From a bacterium (GTDB taxonomy: Bacteria; RBG-13-61-14; DATKZS01): DNA of 64,000 nt. The notes under the pieces were generated by a model, which had not been told where the DNA came from, searched no databases, and was given only the letters and a program-made list of their open reading frames with translations. The DNA lies in NCBI GenBank assembly GCA_963674965.2, contig CAXXFL010000004.1, forward strand, positions 64,001-128,000, in the 5' to 3' direction. Of this stretch, positions 40,553 through 50,787 are shown piece by piece. The first letter of the stretch is position 1. Each line of letters starts with the position of its first letter. A program made the translations under genes and the position numbers.

Positions 40553-42235
40553 TTGATGACGTCTGACCAAACAGACGTATTGGTAATTGGCGCGGGAGGC
40601 GCCGGGATCTTCGCCGCGGCTAACGCCTCGAAGATGGGAGCCAAGGTAATCGTCATTTCCAAGGAACCCTCCGGCTATGGAGACACCCGCATATCTCTTG
40701 GCGCCATGTGCCGATCGGCGGAAGGCTTTTTCGATTCAAGTGAGAAGTTCTCCCGGGACATGATCAAGGGAGGAGAGTTCTTGAACGACCCCAAGCTCGT
40801 TGGCGATCTGGTCGACGAAGCCACTGACGCGGTGATCGCCCTGGAGGATTGCGGGCATGTTTTCGAGAGAAATAGTTCGGGAGTCCTTAAAAGTCCGCTG
40901 GGAAAATTTGGTGGACATAGTCACAACCGCACGGTCATGAGTCCTGCCTTTGGCGTGTCCATGGGCCATGCAATCCGCGGCGGTCTCGCCCGGTCCGGGG
41001 TTACGGTTTGGGAAGAAACCGTCTGCGCCGAGTTGATTTTGAACGAGGGAGAAGTCGCGGGCGCCGTGGTTCTATGCATGAAGACAGGCCGGGTAAAGTC
41101 TATCCAGGCGAAGTCCGTCATTATAGCAACGGGCGGAGCTGGCTCGCTTTATTATCCGCATACCGACTGCATGCCTTACGTCACGGGAGACGGTTACTCT
41201 CTTGCGCTCGCGGCCGGCGCCGAACTGGTGGACATGGAGCAGGTTCAGTTCATTCCATTTGCCCTGACTCATCCTCAGTCCATGATGGGCGTAATAGTGG
41301 GAGATGGCTCCATGGCTCAACCTTTTGGCAAGTTGCTTAACGGCAGGGGAGAAGTCATCTTAAAAAACTTTCACAACATGACCAGGGCCAAGCTGGCAAT
41401 GATCATGATTAAGGAGATTAACAATGGAGGCGCCACCGAGCATGGCGGCCTGCTTTTCGACGTGAGCACTAACATGAAAATACCGATCCTGAAGACCGTT
41501 TATAAAAATATGATGCGCAGGAAAGCCGCCCATTTCCTGAGAAACGTGCGCAGGGCCTATGGCAGGGACGCGGCGGAATTCAAAGAGCCATGGGACGTTC
41601 TTCCTTCCGCGCATTACTTCATGGGGGGAGTAAAGACCGACGAGTTTTGCAAAAGCCGAGTAAAGGGACTGTATGCATGCGGCCAGGCCCAGGGCGGAGT
41701 AATGGGAGGCAACAGACTGGGATCGACTTCTCTCACCGAGATATTCGTTTTCGGCAAAAGAGCGGGAACCGCCGCCGCTGAAGACGCGAAAAGCCGCGGC
41801 TATCCTGACGGCGGCGCGGCCAAAAACGCTGTCAAAAGAGTGGAGGGACTCTTTGGACGCAAGGGAAAAACAAAGCCCGTTCATTTAAAGAAAAGGCTCC
41901 GGGAATTAATGTGGAAATACACAGGGCCTCTCCGGGATGGGGAGGGACTTGCCACCGCGCTTGATGGGCTTGCCGAAATTAAAAGGGACTCATCGGAATT
42001 AGCCATCTCATCGTTTCGGCGCTACAACACGGAGGTAGTTGACGCGATCGAGCTGTCACACATGATCATCGCTGCAGAGGCGATTATTATATCCGCGCTC
42101 GAGCGCAAGGAAACAAGAGGAGCGCATGTACGGTCTGATTATCCGGATACCGAGGACACGACTACTCCAAAAAACGTGGTCGTTCGACAAACTGAAGGGC
42201 GGCTGATCGCCACGTCGCAAGAGGCGCTCCCATGA
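40553..42235 (+). CDS. Fumarate reductase/succinate dehydrogenase-family flavoprotein (TfrA/NadB-like, non-covalent FAD)
   Basis: GAGGAG, ATGG, TGDG, DMEQVQF, HYFMGG, NRLG, ETRGAH.R.DYP. Confidence 0.85.
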   Translation: MMTSDQTDVLVIGAGGAGIFAAANASKMGAKVIVISKEPSGYGDTRISLGAMCRSAEGFFDSSEKFSRDMIKGGEFLNDPKLVGDLVDEATDAVIALEDCGHVFERNSSGVLKSPLGKFGGHSHNRTVMSPAFGVSMGHAIRGGLARSGVTVWEETVCAELILNEGEVAGAVVLCMKTGRVKSIQAKSVIIATGGAGSLYYPHTDCMPYVTGDGYSLALAAGAELVDMEQVQFIPFALTHPQSMMGVIVGDGSMAQPFGKLLNGRGEVILKNFHNMTRAKLAMIMIKEINNGGATEHGGLLFDVSTNMKIPILKTVYKNMMRRKAAHFLRNVRRAYGRDAAEFKEPWDVLPSAHYFMGGVKTDEFCKSRVKGLYACGQAQGGVMGGNRLGSTSLTEIFVFGKRAGTAAAEDAKSRGYPDGGAAKNAVKRVEGLFGRKGKTKPVHLKKRLRELMWKYTGPLRDGEGLATALDGLAEIKRDSSELAISSFRRYNTEVVDAIELSHMIIAAEAIIISALERKETRGAHVRSDYPDTEDTTTPKNVVVRQTEGRLIATSQEALP

Positions 42236-42885
42236 AGGCCACAATCTCGATCCAGCGATACAACCCGGAAACCGATTCTGAACCCAGGTGGGTCGAGTAT
42301 CACGTCCCCATGCAATCCGGGTCGACCGTGATGGAGTGCCTGAATTACATTTATGAGAACGAGGATTCAACCCTGGCCTTTCAGCAGGGATGCCGATTTA
42401 ATTCATGCGGGTTATGCGCCCTGATGGTCAACAATAAACCCCAAATGGCGTGCGTGGCAAAGTTAAGGGACCAGATAAAAATTGCTCCTCTCAAAGGCAT
42501 GAGCGTGATTCGCGATCTGGTTGTCGACAGGACGGCCTATTTTAATATGCTTCGCGAACTCCAGCTTTACATCCCGGAACAGGAAAAGACATCGATCCCG
42601 GCGAAGATCATAGAGCCGCAAAACCGGGTGGAACTTCTCCAATGCGTCGAATGCCTCGCCTGCAACTCCACCTGTGAGCAATTTGTCAGCGACGGCGAGA
42701 TGTTCGCCGGTCCCTATGTTTTTGTCAAGCTCGCCCAACTGCATTTAGATCCAAGAAACGATATCGACCGTAAAAGCCAGGCCGTCAAGCTCGGTCTTGA
42801 CAAATGCGTTGATTGTGGCGAATGCCGTTGTATTAACGGAATCAATATTCAAAAACTTGCGATTGAGTTACTAAGGATAAATTAA
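42232..42885 (+). CDS. Fumarate reductase/SDH-like iron-sulfur subunit
   Basis: CR..SCG.C..C, V.RDLVVD, CVEC.AC...C, C.DCG.C. Confidence 0.88.
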   Translation: MKATISIQRYNPETDSEPRWVEYHVPMQSGSTVMECLNYIYENEDSTLAFQQGCRFNSCGLCALMVNNKPQMACVAKLRDQIKIAPLKGMSVIRDLVVDRTAYFNMLRELQLYIPEQEKTSIPAKIIEPQNRVELLQCVECLACNSTCEQFVSDGEMFAGPYVFVKLAQLHLDPRNDIDRKSQAVKLGLDKCVDCGECRCINGINIQKLAIELLRIN

Positions 42886-42887
42886 CG

Positions 42888-43544
42888 ATGTCAGTTAACA
42901 AAACACAAAATGAGAAGTTGAGTCGTCCGAGCGCCGACAACTCGCGCGGGAAAATAATAGCCGCGGCGAGAAAGGTCTTTGCAAAGCACCCATACCACGT
43001 CGCCACAATGAGGATGGTCGGCAAGGCCGGCGGATTCGACCACCAGCTCATCGCTTATTACTTTCCTTCCAAGGCCGATCTGTTCGAGGCTGTTGTTTCC
43101 GAGACTTGCGATGATTTTTACAACGCGAGCCAGAGTTGGTTCGAGGGTTTGGACCGGATCGGAATTGAACAAGGCTTCAGACTGTTTGTCGAACGCCTGC
43201 TTGAATATTTCTCCAAGGCCCCCGAGCCTTTTCGGATGACGGCTCTCAACGCTCCCATGATCGAAAGGCTCGATGAACTCCCAGGCTACCAGCATACGGT
43301 CGAGATGCGGTCCAAGGTCCGGGACACGTTTAAGAAGAACCTTCCTCCCAGCGTCGATCAAGTTATGCTCGAACGCTTCACCATGACCTTCGACACCGCG
43401 ATACATAGTTACCTGGGCGCCGCTCACAGCCAGGCCGAAATACTTGGCATGGACCCCGCTGGCGAGGAATACATCACCTGGGTCAAGGAAACGCTGATCT
43501 GCGTCTTCCTTCCCCTGTTAAGAAAACTGATATCCCCGGAATAG
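42888..43544 (+). CDS. TetR-family transcriptional regulator
   Basis: I..AA...F......T.R.V...G......YYF.SK..L. Confidence 0.9.
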   Translation: MSVNKTQNEKLSRPSADNSRGKIIAAARKVFAKHPYHVATMRMVGKAGGFDHQLIAYYFPSKADLFEAVVSETCDDFYNASQSWFEGLDRIGIEQGFRLFVERLLEYFSKAPEPFRMTALNAPMIERLDELPGYQHTVEMRSKVRDTFKKNLPPSVDQVMLERFTMTFDTAIHSYLGAAHSQAEILGMDPAGEEYITWVKETLICVFLPLLRKLISPE

Positions 43545-43637
43545 GCGGCGCCGGTCAGTCACCCAATGTTTTTGAACGAATTTGAGCATTAATTTGTCAA
43601 TGGAGGAAATCATGTCGTAAAAGAAACGGATTCAGCG

Positions 43638-44855
43638 ATGAAGGATTTTAACGGAAAGGTCGTGGTTATCACGGGCGCGGGCTCGGGTATTGGCAGAGCT
43701 ACTGCGATTGCTTTTGCCAGAGAGGGCGCTAAGTTGCATATTGCGGACATTGTGGAGGAGGGGATTAATTCCGCGGTTGAAGAGATCAAACAGATGGGCG
43801 GCAAGGCATATCCTTATGTGGTTGACGTAAGTGATCGCGAGGCCATGGAGAAATTCGCCAACAACGTATTTGAAGCCGCGGGCCGGGTCGACGTCCTTCA
43901 TAATAATGCGGGCATCGGCTTGAGTTGCGCGGTCCACGAGGTTTCGCTCGAGGACTGGGAGCGTATCATCAACGTAAATTTGTGGGGACCGATTTACGGT
44001 ATGCACTTCTTCGTGCCTCGCATGATCGAGCAGGGAGGAGGTCACGTGATCAACACCTCGTCCGCGGCCGGGTTGACCGCGGTTCCTACTTTATCAGCCT
44101 ATGTAACCACCAAGTTCGCGCTGGTCGGTCTGTCCGAGGCCATGAGCATAGAACTCCAGCGACACGGCATACACACCACCGCGCTAGGCCCAGGCATCAT
44201 CAACACTCCCTTGATCGAGTCCACGCCGACTAACATCGTCGACCGGGACGGCAAGTCCCTTAAGGACAGCGCCGTAAAATTCTACGCGGAAAAAGGAGCG
44301 GGGCCTGAAGTCGTGGCCAAAGACGTTCTCAAGGCCGTGCGGGAAAAAAGCCCGGTCAAGCCCTCCCCACCTTTCCACGTATACCCGCTCTGGCTCATCA
44401 AGCGGTTCATGGGGCAGAAGGTAAAGGTTGACGCTGCCCCAGAGGTCAAGGTATACGCGGCCGGACATGAACCGTCCGCGCATATCGAGATCGCCAAGTC
44501 GCTCCAGGTCGTGGTCGAGGAGAACCCGACCCACATGTACGGCGGCTTCTCCCGCTACATCAACGAGACGCTCGCGGGCGCGGGAGAGATCGGCTTGAAG
44601 ATCAGCTCCATGCTGGGCTTCCCGGAGGACCAGGTCAAGCGGTACACAATATATGCCGCCAAATTCGAGCCCGCCTGTTACGATAACCTTCTGGGCCTGG
44701 CCAAGATGTACATCTCCTTTGGCAGGATGGAGGAAGCCAAGGAGACGCTCGAACAGATCATAAACGGCGACCCCGCGGTCCTTAAATACATTGAGTCCGA
44801 AAACCGCCTGAATCAGAAAGAGGCGCGGAAAATTTATGACGAAAATTTTAAATAG
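43638..44855 (+). CDS. SDR oxidoreductase fused in frame to fragments of DUF3604-like and TPR-like paralogs (chimera)
   Basis: TGAGSGIG, NNAG, Y..TK up to ~44408; C-terminus aligns with the C-terminus of the 21786 protein. Confidence 0.8.
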   Translation: MKDFNGKVVVITGAGSGIGRATAIAFAREGAKLHIADIVEEGINSAVEEIKQMGGKAYPYVVDVSDREAMEKFANNVFEAAGRVDVLHNNAGIGLSCAVHEVSLEDWERIINVNLWGPIYGMHFFVPRMIEQGGGHVINTSSAAGLTAVPTLSAYVTTKFALVGLSEAMSIELQRHGIHTTALGPGIINTPLIESTPTNIVDRDGKSLKDSAVKFYAEKGAGPEVVAKDVLKAVREKSPVKPSPPFHVYPLWLIKRFMGQKVKVDAAPEVKVYAAGHEPSAHIEIAKSLQVVVEENPTHMYGGFSRYINETLAGAGEIGLKISSMLGFPEDQVKRYTIYAAKFEPACYDNLLGLAKMYISFGRMEEAKETLEQIINGDPAVLKYIESENRLNQKEARKIYDENFK

Positions 44856-44866
44856 GGGCGAAAAAC

Positions 44867-46087
44867 ATGCAAGCACTCAGATTTAACGTCACTATTCCGC
44901 AGGCCTTGGCTCTTAAAGCCCTCCAACCGTTTTTAAAAGGCATCTTTTATCGCTCCCCGTTTCAGACTATTAAATTAACCGACGTTCCCGAACCAACCCT
45001 CCCGACACCGGAGTGGGTGAAAGTCAAAACCAAACTCTGCGGATTCTGTGGGAGCGATTCAAACCTGATCCATTTGGCCGACAATCCAACCTCCGAGCCT
45101 TTTACGTCATTGCCGGTAACGCTTGGACATGAAGTTATGGGTGAAGTTGTCGAAGTCGGTGAAAATGCGGATGGCGTTTCCGTTGGAGACCGGGTCACTA
45201 TCTCCCCAATCCTAAATTGCACGGCACGGGAGATTGATCCGGTCTGTCCCGCGTGTGAAACAGGGCGGATCAGTAGTTGCGAGAATTTTGCGCGAGGATC
45301 TCTTTCCCCCGGAATATTCAATTTTTTGTGCACGGACGTCGGCGGTGGGTTTGCGCCTTATTGCGTGGCCCATAAAAGCCAGATTTTCAAGCTCCCCGAC
45401 AAGGTATCCGACGCTGAAGGCGCCCTGATCGAACCACTGGCCGTAGCTCTGCAGGCAGTCATCGATATTCTGCCTGAAAACAACGACGACGTTCTGGTGA
45501 TCGGAAACGGCGTTATTGGAAACCTTATCGTTCAATGCATACGGGCGCTGAACATCGATTGCCGTATTACAGTGGTTGATCCTTCCCCCCTTGCGGGCTC
45601 AAGGGCACGTGAGGCAGGGGCAGACCATTTAATCCAGGATGGAGATCTATTTGGGCAGACTGTAAATATCACCGGCGCCAGGCGTTATAAACCGCCAGTT
45701 TACGACGACATCTTAATGGGCGGCTATAACAGGGTATTCGACAACGTTGGCACGCGGAAAACAGTAAATACGGGAATGAGGTGCCTGGCTGTAGGCGGTA
45801 AGATAAACGTACTTGCTTTTAAGGACATTAAAATTGATTTCAGCCCGATGTTTTTGAAATCACTGGCCATGCAGGCCTCGCTCGCTTATAAGATCAATAA
45901 AATAAATGACGAAACAGAGCATGTGTTTTCCACCGCCATCCAACTTGCCGCCGAAAAGAAGATCGAGCTCGCATCATTGCTGACCCATCAATTCCCGATT
46001 GATGAATACCAGCGGATGATTGAAGTCAACCTTAATAAAGGCAAGCATCAAGCTTTCAAAACAGCTTTGGTCTTTCCGGTCGATTAA
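44867..46087 (+). CDS. Zinc-dependent alcohol dehydrogenase (MDR)
   Basis: CGSD, GHE..G.V, C..C..C..C, EPLAV, G.G.IG. Confidence 0.9.
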   Translation: MQALRFNVTIPQALALKALQPFLKGIFYRSPFQTIKLTDVPEPTLPTPEWVKVKTKLCGFCGSDSNLIHLADNPTSEPFTSLPVTLGHEVMGEVVEVGENADGVSVGDRVTISPILNCTAREIDPVCPACETGRISSCENFARGSLSPGIFNFLCTDVGGGFAPYCVAHKSQIFKLPDKVSDAEGALIEPLAVALQAVIDILPENNDDVLVIGNGVIGNLIVQCIRALNIDCRITVVDPSPLAGSRAREAGADHLIQDGDLFGQTVNITGARRYKPPVYDDILMGGYNRVFDNVGTRKTVNTGMRCLAVGGKINVLAFKDIKIDFSPMFLKSLAMQASLAYKINKINDETEHVFSTAIQLAAEKKIELASLLTHQFPIDEYQRMIEVNLNKGKHQAFKTALVFPVD

Positions 46088-46128
46088 CAGACATGGTAAA
46101 ATTTATCATCAAATAAAAGGGGACAATA

Positions 46129-47790
46129 ATGACGAAAATAGACGGTGGAAAACTGGTGGCGAACGCCTTGAAAAGAGAGGGCGTTGAATTCATTTTCACC
46201 CTGTCCGGCGGACATATTAACGCCATTTTCAAAGCCTGCGCCGAAATTGGAATTAAGGTAGTCGATACCCGCCATGAACAGGCAGCCGCGCACATGGCGG
46301 AAGCCTGGGGAAAACTCACCGGCAAACCCGGCGTATGCATCGTCACCGCCGGCCCGGGACTGACAAATACCATGACGGGAATAGCAAACGCAAAAATGGC
46401 TAATTCCCCCATGATTGTGATTTCCGGAAGAAGCGGCGTATCCGATGCTGATACTCTGACACTACAGGAAATGGAACAAATGGATTTTGTCAGGCCCATG
46501 GTTAAATGGGGCAGGACAGTTTATGAGACCCATAGGATCGAGGAATACGTGGCCATGGCGTTCAGACATGCCATGAGTGGCAGACCGGGTCCGGTTTTTC
46601 TTGAGATCCCGGTGGATATTTTGGCGCAGAAGATTGATGAAGATGAAGTAGTCAAGGTTAGTGATCATCGTCCGCTGTACAGGCCGGGAGGGTCGTCCGA
46701 AGCGCTCGATGAAGCAATTGAAATGCTCCTCGCCGCTAAAAAGCCGGCAATCATAGCCGGGAGCGGCGCATGCTACGCCGATGCGAGAGACGAACTGGTT
46801 AAGTTCACCGAGTTAACGGGCATTCCCGTATTGACAAGCCAATTGGGGAGGGGGGTGCTGCCTGATGACCACCCAAACTGTTTGGCCCGTCCCATTTCCG
46901 GCGCAATGGCCGTCCTGATAGATTGCGACCTGGTAATGATTCTTGGCGCGCGATTGAGTTTACTTTTATTGCAAGGGAAACCTCCGGTAATTGCTTATGG
47001 CGCCAAAGTCATTCAGGTTGACATTGAGGGATCGGAAATTGGGCGGAATCGAAACGTAGACGTGGGCATTGTAGGAGACGTCAAGGAAGTCCTGAAGGGG
47101 TTGCTTGTGCTTGCCCAAAACAAAAACTGGTCCCACGATGATTGGAAGAACACGATAAAGGAAAAATGCCTTACCATCGAGACCGGCATTATTGGTCCGT
47201 TAAAAAAACAGACGGATCCTATCCATCCGGCTTACCTTATGTCCGAAATTAACTCGTTTCTGGACCGGGACGCGATTCTGGTGGGCGATGGCGGCGACAC
47301 GCAGGTTTGGGCGGGTATGGTCAGGGACGTCTGTGAACCGGCGCATTACCTTGAAACGGGATTATTTGGATGCCTGGGCGTGGGGATTCCTTTTGCCCTG
47401 TCCGCGAAATTAAAATATCCAGATAAACAAGTGCTGCTCATATCGGGAGACGGGTCCACGGGCTTTAACATGATGGAGTTTGACACGGCGGTCCGTTTCA
47501 ACCTTCCTATTGTAATGGTCATAAACAACGACTGCTCCTGGGGGATGATCAGACATCTCCAAAACGTGAGCATGGAAGAAGAACTGAGGTGCGGGTGCGA
47601 ACTCGGTGAAGTCCATTACGACAAGGTGGTGGAGAGTCTTGGAGGATACGGAGAAACCGTGTGCCGGGCTGAAGACATCAAGCCTGCTCTTTTACGAGCC
47701 TTTGAGTCAAAACTACCGGCTTGTATCAATGTCTATACCGACAGAGAAGCTATTTCTCCGTTCACGATGATGCTTTATGACCTTGGGTAA
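46129..47790 (+). CDS. ThDP-dependent enzyme (acetolactate synthase-like / 2-hydroxyacyl-CoA lyase-like)
   Basis: RHEQAA, TAGPG.TN, GDG..GF..MEFDT, NN..WGM. Confidence 0.9.
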   Translation: MTKIDGGKLVANALKREGVEFIFTLSGGHINAIFKACAEIGIKVVDTRHEQAAAHMAEAWGKLTGKPGVCIVTAGPGLTNTMTGIANAKMANSPMIVISGRSGVSDADTLTLQEMEQMDFVRPMVKWGRTVYETHRIEEYVAMAFRHAMSGRPGPVFLEIPVDILAQKIDEDEVVKVSDHRPLYRPGGSSEALDEAIEMLLAAKKPAIIAGSGACYADARDELVKFTELTGIPVLTSQLGRGVLPDDHPNCLARPISGAMAVLIDCDLVMILGARLSLLLLQGKPPVIAYGAKVIQVDIEGSEIGRNRNVDVGIVGDVKEVLKGLLVLAQNKNWSHDDWKNTIKEKCLTIETGIIGPLKKQTDPIHPAYLMSEINSFLDRDAILVGDGGDTQVWAGMVRDVCEPAHYLETGLFGCLGVGIPFALSAKLKYPDKQVLLISGDGSTGFNMMEFDTAVRFNLPIVMVINNDCSWGMIRHLQNVSMEEELRCGCELGEVHYDKVVESLGGYGETVCRAEDIKPALLRAFESKLPACINVYTDREAISPFTMMLYDLG

Positions 47791-47816
47791 ACGACACAAA
47801 CTGAAGGAGCGAAAAC

Positions 47817-48098
47817 ATGGAAGCGATTATCAATCTAATATTCATCAGCCTGGGCCTTGTTATATGGCAGGCCGGTTTACTGGCTACCGTCGTGGGAGTT
47901 CTGCTGATAAAAGCGACCACGGAAAGCGTACTCAAACTGGCCGGCATGACCTCTCTCGCCATAGATATGAAATACATCAGAAAAATTAAAAGTATTGTAG
48001 AGCCTGTCGACAGGTCCACAAATTTGGGCACTGTTATGTTGGCCGGGGGAGCCTGCCTTATGCTGATAGGCACCGCCATAATAAAAGGGTTTATTTAA
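47817..48098 (+). CDS. Small hypothetical membrane protein
   Basis: AAGGAG RBS, two hydrophobic segments. Confidence 0.6.
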   Translation: MEAIINLIFISLGLVIWQAGLLATVVGVLLIKATTESVLKLAGMTSLAIDMKYIRKIKSIVEPVDRSTNLGTVMLAGGACLMLIGTAIIKGFI

Positions 48099-48119
48099 AC
48101 GTCGACTGGAGGTAAGAAA

Positions 48120-48186
48120 ATGGCAACCATGACCTCGCGCCAGCGTGTGGAGACAACGCTCAGACACCAAGAGCCTGACCGGGTTT
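48120..48186 (+). pseudogene. N-terminal stub of a URO-D/MtaA-CmuA methyltransferase-family gene
   Basis: GGAGG RBS then MATMTSRQRVETTLRHQEPDRV, the family's typical MT.R.RV...L...EPDRVP start; breaks at the inversion junction. Confidence 0.65.
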
Positions 48187-48963
48187 GGCATGGGCGAGGT
48201 TAGTCATCTTGGTGAATTCTTCCCATGCGTAATCCGGACGCTGCCGGGCATAAGCCATGATCAGAGGAAAGCGCAGGGAATACCACACGCCTCCGTTGGT
48301 GGCGGTACCGGGCTTTTCCAATCTCTCGATTGTAACTGGGGGCCAGCGCATGACCGCTCCGATTGGAGAGCGGGAGGAAAGTTCGTGATACAGGTTGTCG
48401 TCGAGAATGAGTTCCTCTTCCGCTGTCGGCACGCCGCCCAGGATGGCCCAGGGCTGAAGAGATAAGTAGATGCGATCGGCGCCGATCGCCTTTCCGTTTG
48501 GCAGTAGCGCCCGATTGTACCAGCGACCGTTCCACTGACCGCGCACGGCCTCACGGAATTTCTCGGCCTGAGCGTCGACCTCGTTCGCCCAATCGGCTTG
48601 TCCATGGGCTCTGATCAGGTCGGCGAAGCGGGGAAGGATGTAGGTGGCCATGGCGGTGTTGAGAACGCTTTGGGCCTCGGCCTCGGTTTGGGCCAGGGCC
48701 AGGTTTTTGTCGATCGATTTTTCCTCGGCGATGAACGAGTCGTTCCAATCCGAGTTCCTAAGCTTGATCAGTCCGTTCGTTCCTACACCCACGTCTTCGA
48801 TCTGGTGTCGCCAGGCTAACTTCATGTGATCCATAACCGTGCCGGTCTTGCCGTCCTCCCTGGGATAGAAAGGCAGGACCTTGTCGAGGAACCCGAAGTC
48901 GCGGGTGGCGGTAACGTACTCGGCAAGAGAGAGCATGAGGTAAAGGTTGGTGTCGGATGGAAA
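48184..48963 (-). pseudogene. Inverted internal fragment of a GH94-like glycoside phosphorylase/hydrolase
   Basis: EYV.AT.D..FL, G..GL......DWND, W.G.WY.R, NGGVW; ends ...TNLAHAK. Confidence 0.7.
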
Positions 48964-49431
48964 GCCTACCCCGAAGTATGGGTAGGGCAATGGAGCGGGC
49001 CAGACTCCTACAATGCGCCCAACTCCCAATCGCCCGGCTACACCTGGAGCTTCCTGCCCATCTTTGGAGGCATGATGGACTTCCCCGTCGCCTGCGGCCA
49101 CGCCCACGCAGCGCCATGGTTCTCGCTGCTCAAACTCATGGGCGTCCACCCCGACACCGAAGGTTTTCTGATCGATCCGAAAATTCCAGAGCAAAAGTTT
49201 TCTCTCCAAACCCCGCTCCTATACCTGAGCCGGGACGAGAACGGACTGGAGGGAGGGATCAATCCACGCGGAGAGTCCGTAATCCTCTGGCGGGTCCGCA
49301 CCGGTCAGATCCCAGTCAAAGTAACAGTCAATGACGTACCCACCGCGTGGGAACAAAAAGGCGATGAAACAACCTTCTTCACGCAAGTCATCGGTGGCGA
49401 GCCGTGCCATTGGCGGATAATTTATCAATAA
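48961..49431 (+). pseudogene. C-terminal fragment of the same GH94-like gene
   Basis: Begins KAYPEVWVGQWSGPDSYN, the direct continuation of LAHAK; ends with a normal stop. Confidence 0.7.
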
Positions 49432-49926
49432 AGGTTTCCTGACGGTCGTCTGGAGATGCTTGGATCGTTTTCAGGTGAAAGCAATGGTAAGGATGTATGG
49501 TGGGGTTCGGAGACTTGCCCCCTCCCGATTTACTCAGACGCCATGCTTGCTAAAGCATAGAGATTTAAATCCAAGGTCTGTGAGGCCCGCTTTTTCCAGG
49601 CCAGGTCGTTGAATGATCTCTACCCTAATCTTCTCGGGCGATGTCCCATGTTCCCGCTGTTCGTCCCATCCGCCATGGAAGATGTGGTGTCATGAAGGCC
49701 CCACAACGGTTGGGATGTGGCGCCTTCCCGTCATTCCCAATTATCTCCTATAGCCAGGGATTCTCCCGTCAGTTTGAAGGAAGCGGGCGCCGTTACTATC
49801 GCTCAGAACCTAAAAAACCGGCGTAGTATTCAGGATGCCCAAGGAAACAATTGGCAGAGTGAACTGTCGGCAATATTACACCTCTAATAGCAATACTATA
49901 TTATATACCTTAAAGCTAAAACAGGA

Positions 49927-50787
49927 TCAATTGTTTCCCTGCTCCCACTTGTTGAGTTGATGGAGGAACAGTTCCTTGCTCCACAAGTCGAGGGATGGCT
50001 GTTCGCCGGCTCGGATGAAACGGCGGACATCCTCGACCGCTTGCTTCCAATCAATGGATGCGATTTTTTTTGCAAGTTCGTTTACGACCCATTTCTTGTC
50101 CGCAACGATGCCCTGCTCTTGCCATGGGCCGAGCTGGTTGACGGCGGAAGTCAGGAACTCCTCATTGATGCCGATCCCCTGGCTAGTGTACCAGATGAAA
50201 TCGTACCAATCGCGGCCTTTTACATACTCGCGACAAAGCAGCGCATGTACTTTTCCGGCGAACAAGCTGGGCTTATCCTGCACCGCCACGGCAGACACAA
50301 AAGGGAAGTCCAGATACTGCAACTCTTCGCCGCTTCCCGCCGGAGGATTGGTGTCCACTTCCAGCTTAATTCGAATCTTCGCGAGCGGTCCTGTCCGATC
50401 CGCATGACGGAGGTCAATCAACTTGCCCAGCGAATTGTCTTTTAGAAAGGCCTTCCTGACCGTTGTATCGGCGCTGCCGCGATCGGTGATTTCGATTTGG
50501 TAACCATAAGCCGCCAACTCATCCGTCAGATGTTGCAGGTGGCCCTTCAACTGAAAATCCGGGTTGGGCCGACGCAGGATAAAATCCATGTCTTCGGAGA
50601 AGCGGTTCAGTCCACAAAAGATTCGCAGGCAGGTACCGCCTTGAAACAAGGCATGCTTGAAAAAGTCGCCCCGTCCCAGCGCCGCCAACACGACCTCTTG
50701 TGTGATTTCGCGGATTGCCTGTTGTTCCTCGATTTCCGTCTGACAGTTATAGGAACTCAGACGTTGTTGAATCATCTGCACACTCAT
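49927..50787 (-). CDS. AbiEii-like nucleotidyltransferase toxin (type IV TA)
   Basis: FQGGTCLR....RFSED.DF, K.EVD..P, GK.HA, RD.YD. Confidence 0.9.
   Translation of the reverse strand: MSVQMIQQRLSSYNCQTEIEEQQAIREITQEVVLAALGRGDFFKHALFQGGTCLRIFCGLNRFSEDMDFILRRPNPDFQLKGHLQHLTDELAAYGYQIEITDRGSADTTVRKAFLKDNSLGKLIDLRHADRTGPLAKIRIKLEVDTNPPAGSGEELQYLDFPFVSAVAVQDKPSLFAGKVHALLCREYVKGRDWYDFIWYTSQGIGINEEFLTSAVNQLGPWQEQGIVADKKWVVNELAKKIASIDWKQAVEDVRRFIRAGEQPSLDLWSKELFLHQLNKWEQGNN

Noticed and set aside
40553-42885. Calling sdhAB/frdAB
   Set aside because: Key dicarboxylate-binding residues and the covalent-FAD His are missing, and there is no membrane anchor
49432-49926. Possible gene remnants between the GH94-like fragment and abiEii
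   Set aside because: No frame gave a recognisable protein; left unannotated
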